From Eledone cirrhosa (Eukaryota), in NCBI GenBank assembly GCA_964016885.1, contig CAXHJY010001168.1, positions 39,411-103,410 on the forward strand: 64,000 nucleotides of DNA. Reading direction: 5' to 3'. Under the pieces are notes generated by a model. That model made no database searches. It was not told where the DNA came from and saw only the letters and a list, made by a program, of their open reading frames with translations. The position numbers and the translations under genes are program-made. This document shows, one piece after another, positions 1 through 15,474 of the stretch. The first letter of the stretch is position 1. Each line of letters opens with the position of its first letter.

Positions 1-182
<182 letters not shown>

Positions 183-233
183 TATATATATATATATGTA
201 TATGTATACACATATATATATATATATATGTAT

Positions 234-276
<43 letters not shown>

Positions 277-323
277 CACATATATATATATATATATACA
301 CATATATATATATATATATACAC

Positions 324-522
<199 letters not shown>

Positions 523-535
523 TATATATATATAT

Positions 536-670
<135 letters not shown>

Positions 671-768
671 TATATACACATATATATATATATATATACA
701 CATATATATATATATATACACATATATATATATATATATACACATATATATATATATATATACACATA

Positions 769-949
<181 letters not shown>

Positions 950-963
950 ATATATATATATAT

Positions 964-1330
<367 letters not shown>

Positions 1331-1352
1331 CACATATATATATATATATATA

Positions 1353-1474
<122 letters not shown>

Positions 1475-1482
1475 TATATATG

Positions 1483-1523
<41 letters not shown>

Positions 1524-1578
1524 TCTCTTTTACCTGTTTCAGCCATCCGGCTGAGGCCATGCTGGGGCACCGCCCTTG

Positions 1579-1579
<1 letters not shown>
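1524..1579 (-). mobile_element. Extremely 5'-truncated CR1-type LINE 3' terminus (~55 bp) in (TA)n
   Basis: Reverse complement CAAGGGCGGTGCCCCAGCATGGCCTCAGCCGGATGGCTGAAACAGGTAAAAGAGA is nearly identical to the 3' end of the CR1 element at ~52255-52324. Confidence 0.85.
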
Positions 1580-1648
<69 letters not shown>

Positions 1649-1721
1649 GTGTATGTATATATATATATATATATATATGTGTATGTATATATATATATAT
1701 ATATATATGTGTATATATATA

Positions 1722-1773
<52 letters not shown>

Positions 1774-1777
1774 TATA

Positions 1778-1862
1778 CGTTATTCCGGGTTGAATCGGAG
1801 GTAACCACAGTAAGTAAGGTACTCAATACATAGCAGAGTATAATAGTTTTAATATAGATGAT
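1778..1862 (-). mobile_element. ~85-bp repeat fragment, probably a Penelope-like pseudo-LTR end; copy 1
   Basis: Identical to 3702-3786 and homologous in reverse complement to 23078-23155 (TATACTCTATGTATTGAATACCTTAATTATTGTGGTTACTCCCGATTTAACCCGGGATAC). The PLE assignment is inference. Confidence 0.55.
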
Positions 1863-1866
1863 ACAT

Positions 1867-2227
<361 letters not shown>

Positions 2228-2228
2228 C

Positions 2229-2353
<125 letters not shown>

Positions 2354-2354
2354 C

Positions 2355-2487
<133 letters not shown>

Positions 2488-2510
2488 CATATATATACAT
2501 ATATATATAC

Positions 2511-2541
<31 letters not shown>

Positions 2542-2542
2542 C

Positions 2543-2591
<49 letters not shown>

Positions 2592-2620
2592 CATATATAT
2601 ACATATATATATATATATAC

Positions 2621-2669
<49 letters not shown>

Positions 2670-2709
2670 TATACATATATATATATATATATACATATAT
2701 ATACATATA

Positions 2710-2782
<73 letters not shown>

Positions 2783-2790
2783 ATATACAC

Positions 2791-2828
<38 letters not shown>

Positions 2829-2854
2829 ATATACACATATATATATATATACAC

Positions 2855-3517
<663 letters not shown>

Positions 3518-3533
3518 TATATGTGTATATATG

Positions 3534-3697
<164 letters not shown>

Positions 3698-3701
3698 TAT
3701 A

Positions 3702-3786
3702 CGTTATTCCGGGTTGAATCGGAGGTAACCACAGTAAGTAAGGTACTCAATACATAGCAGAGTATAATAGTTTTAATATAGATGAT
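3702..3786 (-). mobile_element. ~85-bp repeat fragment; copy 2, part of a ~1.9-kb tandem duplication
   Basis: Exact copy of 1778-1862 at offset 1924, with the same flanking microsatellite variant pattern. Confidence 0.6.
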
Positions 3787-3790
3787 ACAT

Positions 3791-4129
<339 letters not shown>

Positions 4130-4130
4130 C

Positions 4131-4257
<127 letters not shown>

Positions 4258-4266
4258 CATACATAC

Positions 4267-4393
<127 letters not shown>

Positions 4394-4394
4394 C

Positions 4395-4443
<49 letters not shown>

Positions 4444-4444
4444 C

Positions 4445-4569
<125 letters not shown>

Positions 4570-4592
4570 CATATATATACATATATATATAC

Positions 4593-4625
<33 letters not shown>

Positions 4626-4626
4626 C

Positions 4627-4675
<49 letters not shown>

Positions 4676-4704
4676 CATATATATACATATATATATATAT
4701 ATAC

Positions 4705-4753
<49 letters not shown>

Positions 4754-4793
4754 TATACATATATATATATATATATACATATATATACATATA

Positions 4794-4866
<73 letters not shown>

Positions 4867-4874
4867 ATATACAC

Positions 4875-4912
<38 letters not shown>

Positions 4913-4938
4913 ATATACACATATATATATATATACAC

Positions 4939-5579
<641 letters not shown>

Positions 5580-5582
5580 CAC

Positions 5583-5617
<35 letters not shown>

Positions 5618-5618
<1 letters not shown>

Positions 5619-6730
5619 TATGGGTGCATAAAAGATGTAGTGGGATCACAGGTAAGCTAACTAAGAACATAGATTTTACATGTGGCCGGTGCTCTGGTGC
5701 AATAAGTAGCAGCAAGTGTCCACACAATACTAGTTCTTTCAATTGCGCAGAGGGTTCTATAGAAATAATGGACATCTTCCGTTACCTGGGTGACAAAATC
5801 AGCAGTGGGGGAGGGTGCTCGGAAAGTACAGTAGCTAGAGTCAGAACTGGATGGAAAAAGTTCAGAGAGCTTATACCACTATTAGCCGCTAAAGGGTTCT
5901 CCCTAAAAATGAAAGGCAGGTTGTATGATGCCTGCATACGAACAGCAATGCTGCATGGCTGTGAGACCTGGGCATTGTGTGCAGAGGATATACGCAGACT
6001 AGAGAGCAACGAAGCTTGCATGCTCCGCTGGATGTGTAATAGTAATATACGCGAACAGCAAAGCATAAACGAACTAAGGAAAAAATTAGAAATAAGAGGG
6101 ATCAGATGTTGTTTACTCGAGAGAAGGCTACGTTGGTATGGTCACGTGATTCGCATGAAAGACGACAGCTGTATAACAAAGTGCAGGGCAATAAAGATAG
6201 ACGGGAGCCACGGAGTAGGCAGACCTAGAAAAACCTGGTACGACTTGATAAATTCCGACCTCACACGCTTACACCTCTCCAAGACAATGTCACTGGACCG
6301 AGACCTTTGGCGGTACTCAGTAATAGAGAAGACCCGCCTTACCTAAATACGAAGTAAAACCTACTACAGTCAGTAGGCATCTCTAACAAAATACACCCCG
6401 TCCCACTACCCCCACCCCATCCACACCGCCCCTTTCAATGTAAAGTTATGTTGGTGCCACAACATCCAGGCCGAAACAAATGAGATCGTGTAGGTGTCAT
6501 GACAAAAAACACAGTCCACGCTGTAATGTGGCCGTGTAGGCAACACGGTAAAAACCTCCCAGCCCCACACTGTAAATGTGGTTGGTGTTAGGAAGGGCAT
6601 CCAGCTGTAGAAAACCCGCCAGACAGTCCTATGCGAGCAAGACAATCACTCTTGCCTCAAGTGGGAAAACCCCCGTCCAAACCCATGCAAGCGTGGAACA
6701 CGGACGTTAAACGTTGATGATGATGATGAT
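5618..6730 (+). mobile_element. 5'-truncated RTE-clade LINE: C-terminal ORF (to 6346), 3'UTR and (GAT)n tail
   Basis: Open frame WVHKRCSG...CGRC...FRYLGDKI...GWKKFREL...[20 protein letters not shown]...RRLRWYGHV...GRPRKTW...DRDLWR, typical of the RTE post-RT region. Ends GGACGTTAAACGTTGATGATGATGAT. Flanked by (TA)n. Confidence 0.9.
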
Positions 6731-6868
6731 ATACACATATATATACACACATATATATATATACACATATATATATATACATATATATACACACATATAT
6801 ATATATATATATATACACATATATATATATACACACACATATACATATATATATACATATATATATAC

Positions 6869-6904
<36 letters not shown>

Positions 6905-8036
6905 ATATATATCTCTATATATATATGTGTGTGTATATATGTGTGTATATATATGTGTGTGTGTGTATATATGTGTGTGTGTATATATGTGTGTGTGTAT
7001 ATATGTGTGTGTATATATGTGTGTGTGTATATATGTGTGTATAGATGTGTGTGTATATATGTGTATATATATGTGTATATACGTGTGTATATATGTGTGT
7101 ATATATGTGTGTATATATGTGTACATACGTGTATATATATGTGTATATATATGTGTATATATATGTGTATATATATGTGTGTATATATATGTGTATATAT
7201 ATGTGTGTATATATGTGTGTGTGTATATGTATATGTATATATGTGTGTATATGTGTGTATATGTATATATGTGTGTATATGTGTGTATATGTATATATGT
7301 GTGTATATGTATATATGTGTGTATATGCATATGTGTGTATATGCATATATGTGTGTATATGTATATATGTGTGTATATGTATATATGTGTGTATATATGT
7401 GTGTATATCTGTATATATATATGTGTATATGTATATATGTGTGTATATCTGTATATATATATGTGTATATATATATATATGTGTGTATATATATATATGT
7501 GTGTATATGTGTATGTATATATGTGTATATATATATGTATATGTGTATATATATATATATGTGTATATATATATATATGTGTATATATATATATATGTGT
7601 ATATATATATATATGTGTATATATATATATGTGTATATATATATATGTATATATGTATGTATATATGTATATATGTGTATATATAGGTATATATGTGTGT
7701 GTATATATATATGTATATATGTGTGTATATATATGTATATATGTGTGTATATATATGTATATATGTGTGTATATATATGTATATATGTGTGTATATATAT
7801 GTATATATGTGTGTATATATATGTATATATGTGTGTATGTATATGTGTGTATATGTATATATATGTGTATATATGTGTGTTTATATATACGTGTGTATAT
7901 ATATGTGTGTGTGTGTGTATATGTGTGTGTGTATATATATGTGTGTGTGTGTGTGTATATATATGTGTGTGTATATATATATATGTGTGTATATGTATAT
8001 GTGTGTATGTGCTTGTATCTCTCTCTCTCTCTCTCT
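6731..8036. repeat. (TA)n/(TG)n/(CA)n compound microsatellite ending in (CT)n
   Basis: Direct. CA-type switches to TG-type near 6910-6925. Confidence 0.95.
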
Positions 8037-8500
8037 GCGTATGTAATTATATTAACTAGTACCAGTAAAAAATGACGGGTGCATAGTAAAATATATTTAC
8101 TTTGGTTATCCTTGATTGCAACATTTTGATTGAAGCCGCTTGAATCCACGTTTTGAATCCCTTTCGTAATGTTCAATCAGACTTCTTTTTCTACATACAT
8201 ATATGTATATATTTGTATGAACTTGTATATTTATGCATATATAAGTATGCATTTATGTGTACATTTGCATGTTTGTTTTCTTATATATATTGGGAAAAGT
8301 ATTTATTTTAGACATGGTTATTTTCTAATTTTATCTTTTATATTAAGATTGTTTTCATATTTTCTTACAAGTTACTTGCCGCTCTTTTGCAACAATAGAA
8401 TGTTCCTAAATCTGTTAGCGTTTCTAGAGTTTTGCAATCTTACCTTCAGGATGTTGAATTTACCTCTCCAAATATTGACCATTATATTTATGACATTATT

Positions 8501-8686
8501 GGCGGTGGATTGGCAGTATCAGAAGAGGGTCGGACGCCATGCTTAGACGCATAGAGTTACGGCCCTTGCCATTCTGAGTTCAAATCCCGCCGAGGTTAAC
8601 TTTACCTTTCATCCTTACGGGGTCGATAAAATTAAGTACCAGTAATGCATTGGGAATTGCTAGCCTTGTGCCAAAAAGTATAAACA
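8501..8686 (+). mobile_element. tRNA-derived SINE (family A) with 18-bp TSD
   Basis: A-box-like GGTGGATTGGCAG, B-box GAGTTCAAATCC, conserved body CCTTTCATCCTTACGGGGTCGATAAAATTAAGTACCAG. TSD ATTATATTTATGACATTA at 8481-8498 and 8687-8704. Confidence 0.9.
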
Positions 8687-8779
8687 ATTATATTTATGAC
8701 ATTAATCTTGAATTATTTTGTTCATGACATGCATATTTTGTTTGTGTGTGTGTTTATTTTAACATTGTGTTGTAATGTA

Positions 8780-9710
8780 AGTAAGGCTTACATAACTAAT
8801 CTTCTATTTTTGTGGGTAATTCTACGAAATATGGATGTATTGTCCACTAATATTTTCATATCATTTGTTTCGTAATCGTTTGAGTACTGCTTCAATTGCT
8901 CCTTATTGTAAATGCATAGTGAGCCTACTCGAGGGCGTTAAATTTGTAACATCTATGTAACAATTTCTCTGTCCCACTTTTGAACATATAAAACCCATTG
9001 GTCATTAGTCGCTTATACTGAGGTTTAAATGCATGTGGTTTGTTGTTAACGTTTTCGATTGTAGTGTTTTGTAATACATTGTTATTGTTAGTTAATGGTT
9101 TGATGTGATAATATTTTTGTTCCGTTGTATGGTATTGTTCAACGCCTGTTCGTCTGTTTAACAGCTATTAAGCATTTGGTTCGTATAGTACTCTTTGTGT
9201 GCGACATCTAATTTTAATGGCTATAATCCGATATATTTGGTGCATTGTATTTGTGCCTATGTTCAGTGACTTGGTTTAAGAGTCTGTTGAAATGTTTATT
9301 AATTAGTGTTTCATTTATTCTATGGATTTCGTTTGTGGAAAAGAATCTAAATGATCTTTTGATTAAGCATTGTACCACTGACATTTTGTAGCTATGTGGA
9401 CATACGCCGTCTCCATATAAATATATACATTTATTTGTAGCTTTAGTGCACACAGAGGTTATGTATCTGTTTTGTTTCCAATCTGTTTATATCTAAAAAT
9501 AGTCATATTTGTATGGTTCTGGGTGTAAAGGTTTAGTATCAAGCTTTCTTTTTTTTTATTTCTAGGTGTTTTGCAGTTTATTCACTACTACGAGTAACTC
9601 ATCCAGGTATCTGGTGTATATTACGTGTTTTGATACTATTGTTTTTATTGTGGCCAGGTAGAATGTAGGGAATGTTGGCCCTAGAACCCATTGTTACACA
9701 ATCATTTTGT
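8780..9710 (-). pseudogene. Decayed Penelope-like element ORF remnant (RT C-terminal half, thumb, GIY-YIG)
   Basis: Minus-strand translation gives VTMG..LGPTFPTFY, IYTRYLDE (YVDD-like), TSVCTKATNKCIYLYGDGVCPHSYKMSVVQCLIKRS (thumb) and CYIDVTNLTPSSRLTMHLQ*GAI (YIG-like). Stops and frameshifts present. Confidence 0.75.
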
Positions 9711-9894
9711 TTTTTATAAATTGCCTGGTAGGCAGAGTAACGTTACTTCGCCTACACACGTCACTAATATTTTCTTTAATAAGCTTGCAACTTCACATTA
9801 ACCCTACACAATAAATGTCTAGTTTTGTGCAAAAGTTCAGATATCGTTGTTGATATGCTGCCATATTAATTTTTGTTTCTTTAGCAGCATAATT

Positions 9895-10070
9895 TAGCAG
9901 CATAGAGTTACGGCTTTCTTTACATTCTGAGTTCAAATCCTGGTGAGGTTAGCTTTGTCTTTCATCGCTACGAGGTCGATAAAATAAAGTACCAGTAATG
10001 CACTAGGGTCGATTTGACTTTCCCTTTCCCACAAAGTCGTTGGCCCTGTGCCTAAATCAGAAACCATATT
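9895..10070 (+). mobile_element. SINE family A, diverged and 5'-partial
   Basis: CTGAGTTCAAATCC...CTTTCATCGCTACGAGGTCGATAAAATAAAGTACCAGTAATGCAC...GGCCCTGTGCCTAAATCAGAAACC. Confidence 0.8.
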
Positions 10071-10119
10071 GTAGTCATGGGTATTATTGTTGTGATCAAA
10101 GGTATTATCATTGTGTAGG

Positions 10120-12745
10120 GGATGGTGGCGCCATTAGAGTACTGGACAAAACTATCTTCCAGCATTTAGTTACATACTTTTACGTTCAGGGTTCAACTCA
10201 TGCCACCACGGGTGATTTTGTGCTCTTCCTTCTGGGTAGATAGAATAATTACCAGAAAAATAATGGAGATAATTTAATAGACTTTCCTAAGAAACGAGGG
10301 AGGGGTAGACAAAATTATTTCGAGTACTTAGTAACATCTCATTACATTCTTAATTCAACTGAGTTCAAAGACCTCTTTATCCAACTGCATCAGCTTTATG
10401 CTCCCTTTCGATGTCAGCCTAAAATGTGGACCAGTAATGCGCGAAGCATTATTAATTCAATCTGCTACCAGCATTCCTTGTAAATTGTTAGTGTTGTTGT
10501 CACGTAAAAAACGTGTACTGATTTTTATGGATAATCTTAAAGAAAGAAATACACTGATAGGAAACACAAATCAGTGACCTGCTTTTGATTCTTTTGAATT
10601 ATGACGCTAAAAGACTAGTGAAAATGATTATCACATACATAGAATTACACATATCGTTTTTAACCTCCTTCCTTCAACAAATCTGAAACTTTGGCTCTCT
10701 TTGAGAAGGTGGATGTATAAATTGTTTATTTTGCTTTCATCTCTCAAGGGGGTTGAATAAATAGAAGCCATATTCTGGGGTCAAGTCAGTCGACGTACGA
10801 TCAACATATCTGCGCTCTTTTGCTAATGTTGAAATCATTAAGTACGCGTACTGTAGAACGGTGGTAAGATCTCAGAAAATTGGGTTGCAATACGGTTTCA
10901 AGTGATGGGTAAACCATTACATTTTTATAAAGATCATTTTTCATAATTTTCTCTGATTAAAATGAATGGCTCGCTTTATTTTCACTTGCTACATTTACTT
11001 TGTTCACATTCATTGAGAGATAGTAGAAACTAAATGAGATTTGCTTCACTTTTATTCAGCCTAAAATAGATAAGCTAACACGAGTCAAATATCTAAAAGG
11101 GTAAATCCCTACTGCCCCTCAAAATATATTGACTTCTAGCTTTTGGTAATAGTGAAGTCAATGAAATTATTACCAGTACTTAACTAGTATTTTATCTTAT
11201 CGACCGCGGACGAACAAAAACGAAAGTTGACCTCAGAGTAAACTAAGAACGTAATTAAATACCAAAAGGCATACTGTCAGATTTTTAAAGGATTCTTCCC
11301 TTCCATCGCCTCTCACCAAAATATTAACCTTGTGCTCATCCTTGGCATCGTTATTATGAATCATAAATATCGGTGGAATAGCAGAATCGGTAGAGCGGCG
11401 GATGAAATCTTTTATGATATTTGTTCCGGCTCAAATACTGCTCATATCAATATTGCCTTTCATTTTTCTGGCGTCGATGAAATACAGTAACAGTTCAAGG
11501 CTTGAGTCAATTTAATCCAAATTTCTGGACTTGAGCCTGAATTAGAAAACTATATTATGGACCATAGACAATAAACAGCAATAGCCTCTATTCAATTTCT
11601 CAACTTAGTAATCAATACTTTACATTATGTAATACTATTAACCTCTAAATGTATTATTTATTATAAAGGCAAACATTGAGTTCAGCTTTATGATAATTCA
11701 CGTACTCTATTACACCCTTTCTCCCGCTCGTATCATATGTTCTGAAATACATTTATGGGCATACACCGTCATCTTCATTATAAGCCATTAAACATAAAAC
11801 ATTTATATTATAACTTAGAAGAAATACCAAGAACATTGTTTAAAATAGTCTTTCCTTTCACTATTATCATTTCAATGAATAACGCAGGAGTTATAAGTGA
11901 AATCTGCAGATGCACGGCACGCTAGTTCGATCACGGAAGTATACATCGATCATCTTTAAAAAACAGTCCATTCTATAATGCTCCGGTCTTCCTGACTCTG
12001 AATAAGAACATTCATAACGTATTGTACCTCCCACAGAGCAATTTGAATTTGTATATTTGAATACGAACGATAAGATGGTTGATACTAAAGCCTTGTAATC
12101 ATAGTTGTGCGTGTGCATGATGGACATCATATATCACACACGCAAACATATATCCACTACACCACACCCATACACACATAGCTATGCATATATATGTCGA
12201 TGTGTGTGTATATTTATTTGACGGCAAGTTAAAGTTACTGAAGAGACTAGTTTTATACTGTATGTATGTAGGAGCCATTATATACAGATATACACACATA
12301 TGATATGAAAGAGAGAGTTAAACGCGCGCACACACAAGGTCAACTTATGAACGAGTGTGCTGCGCCCTTCACATTTCAATATTTTATTGATGTTATTTTT
12401 TCAGCCGTTATTTCGCACTGTCTGTACTCTTCCCTTCTTCTGCAATAGAACCTGATTTTCTAGAATTTTCAGGTTGATGTCAGGATCTTGCTGTTTTTAA
12501 TATCTTTAGAGCAGATATCTTCTATAGACTAGTAAGACTAGTCATATATCCCAAATGTCGGTATCATCATTAGTATTGTAAATTCATAGTTGGCTATTCC
12601 CTTGTACCTCTGCCAGGCAGGCAGTCAAATTGGCAGTCGATAGAACGTTGGATATTTGTTCTGAGTATCTGCGTGACGAGTTCAAATCCTGCCGGGATTC
12701 ACTTAGACTTTCATCTTTTTTGGATCGATAATGTATCAGCTTAGT
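10120..12745. mobile_element. Several older, diverged SINE family A copies (~10120-10260 +, ~10330-10440 +, ~11150-11310 -, ~11370-11550 +, ~12620-12745 +)
   Basis: Degenerate GTTCAA B-box and TTTCATC..GTCGAT..AAGTAC body motifs. Boundaries approximate. Confidence 0.6.
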
Positions 12746-13029
12746 GCTCGTACAGCTCTCTCTCTCATTCCTGCTGGATCTAGGGAGGTAGCACCAAGAA
12801 GATGAGGGCTGTGTGTCTGCTTGCGATTGCGTTGGAAATTAAAACCCTAGCGAAAGCATGGTGCATGCTTCCAAGTCATACCCTTTTCCAGTGAAGGCTG
12901 TATCCACGACTGCCGTATTTCATCATCTATCTTTGTTCACGTCAACTTCTTATGTTTATATTTAGATACGTGTGTGTGTGTGCATTTACATAGATAAATA
13001 TGTGTGCACATACGTATATATGTGTGCAC

Positions 13030-13200
13030 GTGCGTTGCTGAGTGGTTAAAGAATTGGATTCACAATCGCGAAGTTGTGAGTTCGATTCCCGGACCGGGTG
13101 ATGCGTTATGTCCTTGAACAAGACACTTTATTTCACGTTGCTCCGACTACCTAGATTTACAACCGATAAATAGTATTAGCAATTGGAAAGACCAATCGAA
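13030..13200 (+). mobile_element. tRNA-derived SINE (family B)
   Basis: TTGCTGAGTGGTTAA (A box), GAGTTCGATTCCC (B box), then GTCCTTGAACAAGACACTTTATTTCACGTTGCTCC. Homologous to 23581-23750 (-). Confidence 0.8.
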
Positions 13201-13448
13201 ACATTGTTTCCTCGGTCTGATTTGACGAGATCCACCCTACTCATTAAGCGAATGAGATTTGGGAACTTTTCGATCGACTGTCGATAAGTGTGTGCGTGTA
13301 ACGGATGCGCAGACTAAGCACACAACACAACACACAAAAAGAAGATGGTGTAGGACAGAACAAAGGAGAGACACACAAAATAAAAACCTAGTCACTGAGC
13401 AGGTCACAGAATATGTGACGAAAGAGCTTTGATAATATATAAACAACC

Positions 13449-13543
13449 TTCCGGTTATCGAACCAACCAACCGGAAACTTATAAATTGAAGTGAAAACCA
13501 CAGGTGCGTGTGTTTTTATTGACAGCATGGCCCTCTCAAAGTA

Positions 13544-13547
<4 letters not shown>
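13449..13547. mobile_element. Right half of a TGT...ACA MITE (same family as 25428-25612)
   Basis: CCGGTTATCGAACCAACCAACCGGAAACTTATAAATTGAAGTGAAA...GCATGGCCCTCTCAAAGTATAAC matches the right arm of the 25.4-kb MITE and abuts (TA)n. Confidence 0.75.
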
Positions 13548-13583
<36 letters not shown>

Positions 13584-13789
13584 GATGTGTGTGCGTGTGT
13601 TCGTCAGAATCTCGGAATAATGCTTGCTTGGAACAAATTTAATAAGACAATTATTTATGAATCAGTTTTACTGCGTTCTCCAATCAAATATGAACAATTT
13701 TTGTTTCTTAATTTTAGCCCTGCATCAGTTGAAAATGTTATTAGCTCCAAATATTTCTTAACAATTGAACCCTTTTTAGTATAGATCTT

Positions 13790-14830
13790 AATGTATGTAT
13801 GGACCCGGAACTCCCGATTGGGTTGTAGGGGCGCCCATCACGACATACAGTGTATCTTGGGTACTACGTAAACCTGACGGTGCCCAATTCCCTCTCCACA
13901 GCTGATTTCTCCCATACAAGGAGAAAGAGTGATAGAAAGAAAGTAAGAATAATGCTGGAAGAATTGAGCGCAGTACAGGATTTATATGTTTTTTATTGAT
14001 CTCTAAAGAATGAAAGGTGAAATTGATCTCGGTATGAATTTGACATTCCATAGTTGTTTATTTCCAATGACATTAATGGTTCTCGAACTGCCTCCTTACT
14101 TACTGATATCCCGGTGGTGTTGGCTACATAAAGGGTAAACCCGTAGAATAGGTATTTCAACTCCTTCGTTATCGTCCTGGATACCGCTTCTTCAATTCTT
14201 TCCGCTGGGAGCACGAGGCGGATTGCGGGTGGAATGGATCCCAGTGCTGGACTGATATTTTTTTCTCAACTTCGGAAGAAAGAAATGCATAATTGACCTC
14301 GATGGGAATTAAGCTCGGATAGCGCAGAGAGCTAGAACGAATATCGCAAAGCATTCTATCCAAAGTTCTAACAACTCTGCTAATTCGTAGCAGATCTTCT
14401 GTTATACTGCTTGGCAATTAGAAGCAAACTTTCAGTTAACGCTGGCTCGTTATAATAGATTTTTTGGATAACGAATTGTATCAGTGAATATTTTGAGTTC
14501 GTGCTTAAAATTTATTAATTCAGCCTCAAACGTTTGACGTGTATAATCTCCGTACATATTCGTCAATTTTCTATGATGTTGTTGATATGCTGTGAACTTA
14601 TCATTCACCTTACTGCATATGGTGATAGTTAAATAAGGCGCAGGTTCTTAATGTTTACTTTTAATTTTGTTATCCACCAGGGTGGTTTGCATCGAATTAT
14701 TTCGTTATCACGTACACTGCTGGAATCTTCAAGGTTTCTTGTCATAGTAATAGGCGCCGTATACAAGCAAGGATTAATTATCCAATAACTGTCACCACTT
14801 GATCTTATATGTTTTAAAGCAATAACATAA
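13790..14830 (-). pseudogene. Decayed N-terminal part of a Penelope-like ORF
   Basis: Minus strand: HHRKLTNMYG...LINF, SKEAVREPLMSL and YVVPKIH..APL (PKIHK..PLRPI-like RT motif). Heavily disrupted. Confidence 0.45.
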
Positions 14831-15279
14831 ATAAGGTTTCACGTGAAAATGGTTCGCTTTATCCCCAGTGATGCATCTACTATTATAGAGTAGATATTTG
14901 CCCTATAAAGAATTAGAGAAATAAATAAATATATATAAATTAAAATCAAAAGTAAAAAATTATTTTCTAACTTTAGTTTTAAAATATTTAAAAGTTATTC
15001 CGCAGTATTTTCTGTCAGATTAGTTACATCAAAAGTTATGGAGCATTAAGTTGGAGTGATAACAGTTTGTTTGCATTTTAAACATATTTTCTATGGCAGA
15101 TTTTGACAGGTTTTGAATGTTTTCAGAAAATCGACTAGCATCACAGGAATTGGAATAACAATTTCTATCTGCAACAGACATTTTTCATGCGAAGAAAAAT
15201 GTCTACCTATTGTGAAAGCTGATTTACCGTGAAAAAGAATACGTTTGGGTGAATTTAGTCTCAGTATTTGATTATAGTT

Positions 15280-15463
15280 GGCGGTGGATTGGCAGTATAG
15301 GTAGAGGGTCGGACGCCATGCTTTCAAGCATAGTTACGTCCCTTTTCGATCTGAGTTCAAATCCCGCCGAGGTTGAGTTTGCCTTTCATCCTTACGGGGT
15401 CGATAAAATAAAGTACCAGTAATGCACTGGGTAATTGCTGGCCTTGTGCCTAAAGTAGAAACA
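15280..15463 (+). mobile_element. SINE family A, young copy with 17-18-bp TSD
   Basis: GGCGGTGGATTGGCAG...GAGTTCAAATCCCGCCGAGG...GCCTTTCATCCTTACGGGGTCGATAAAATAAAGTACCAG. TSD AGTATTTGATTATAGTT starts at 15263 and 15464. Confidence 0.92.
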
Positions 15464-15474
15464 AGTATTTGATT

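Noticed and set aside
9541-9612. Apparent exon after a strong polypyrimidine-AG
   Set aside because: It lies antisense within the Penelope RT remnant, and the donor site is weak.
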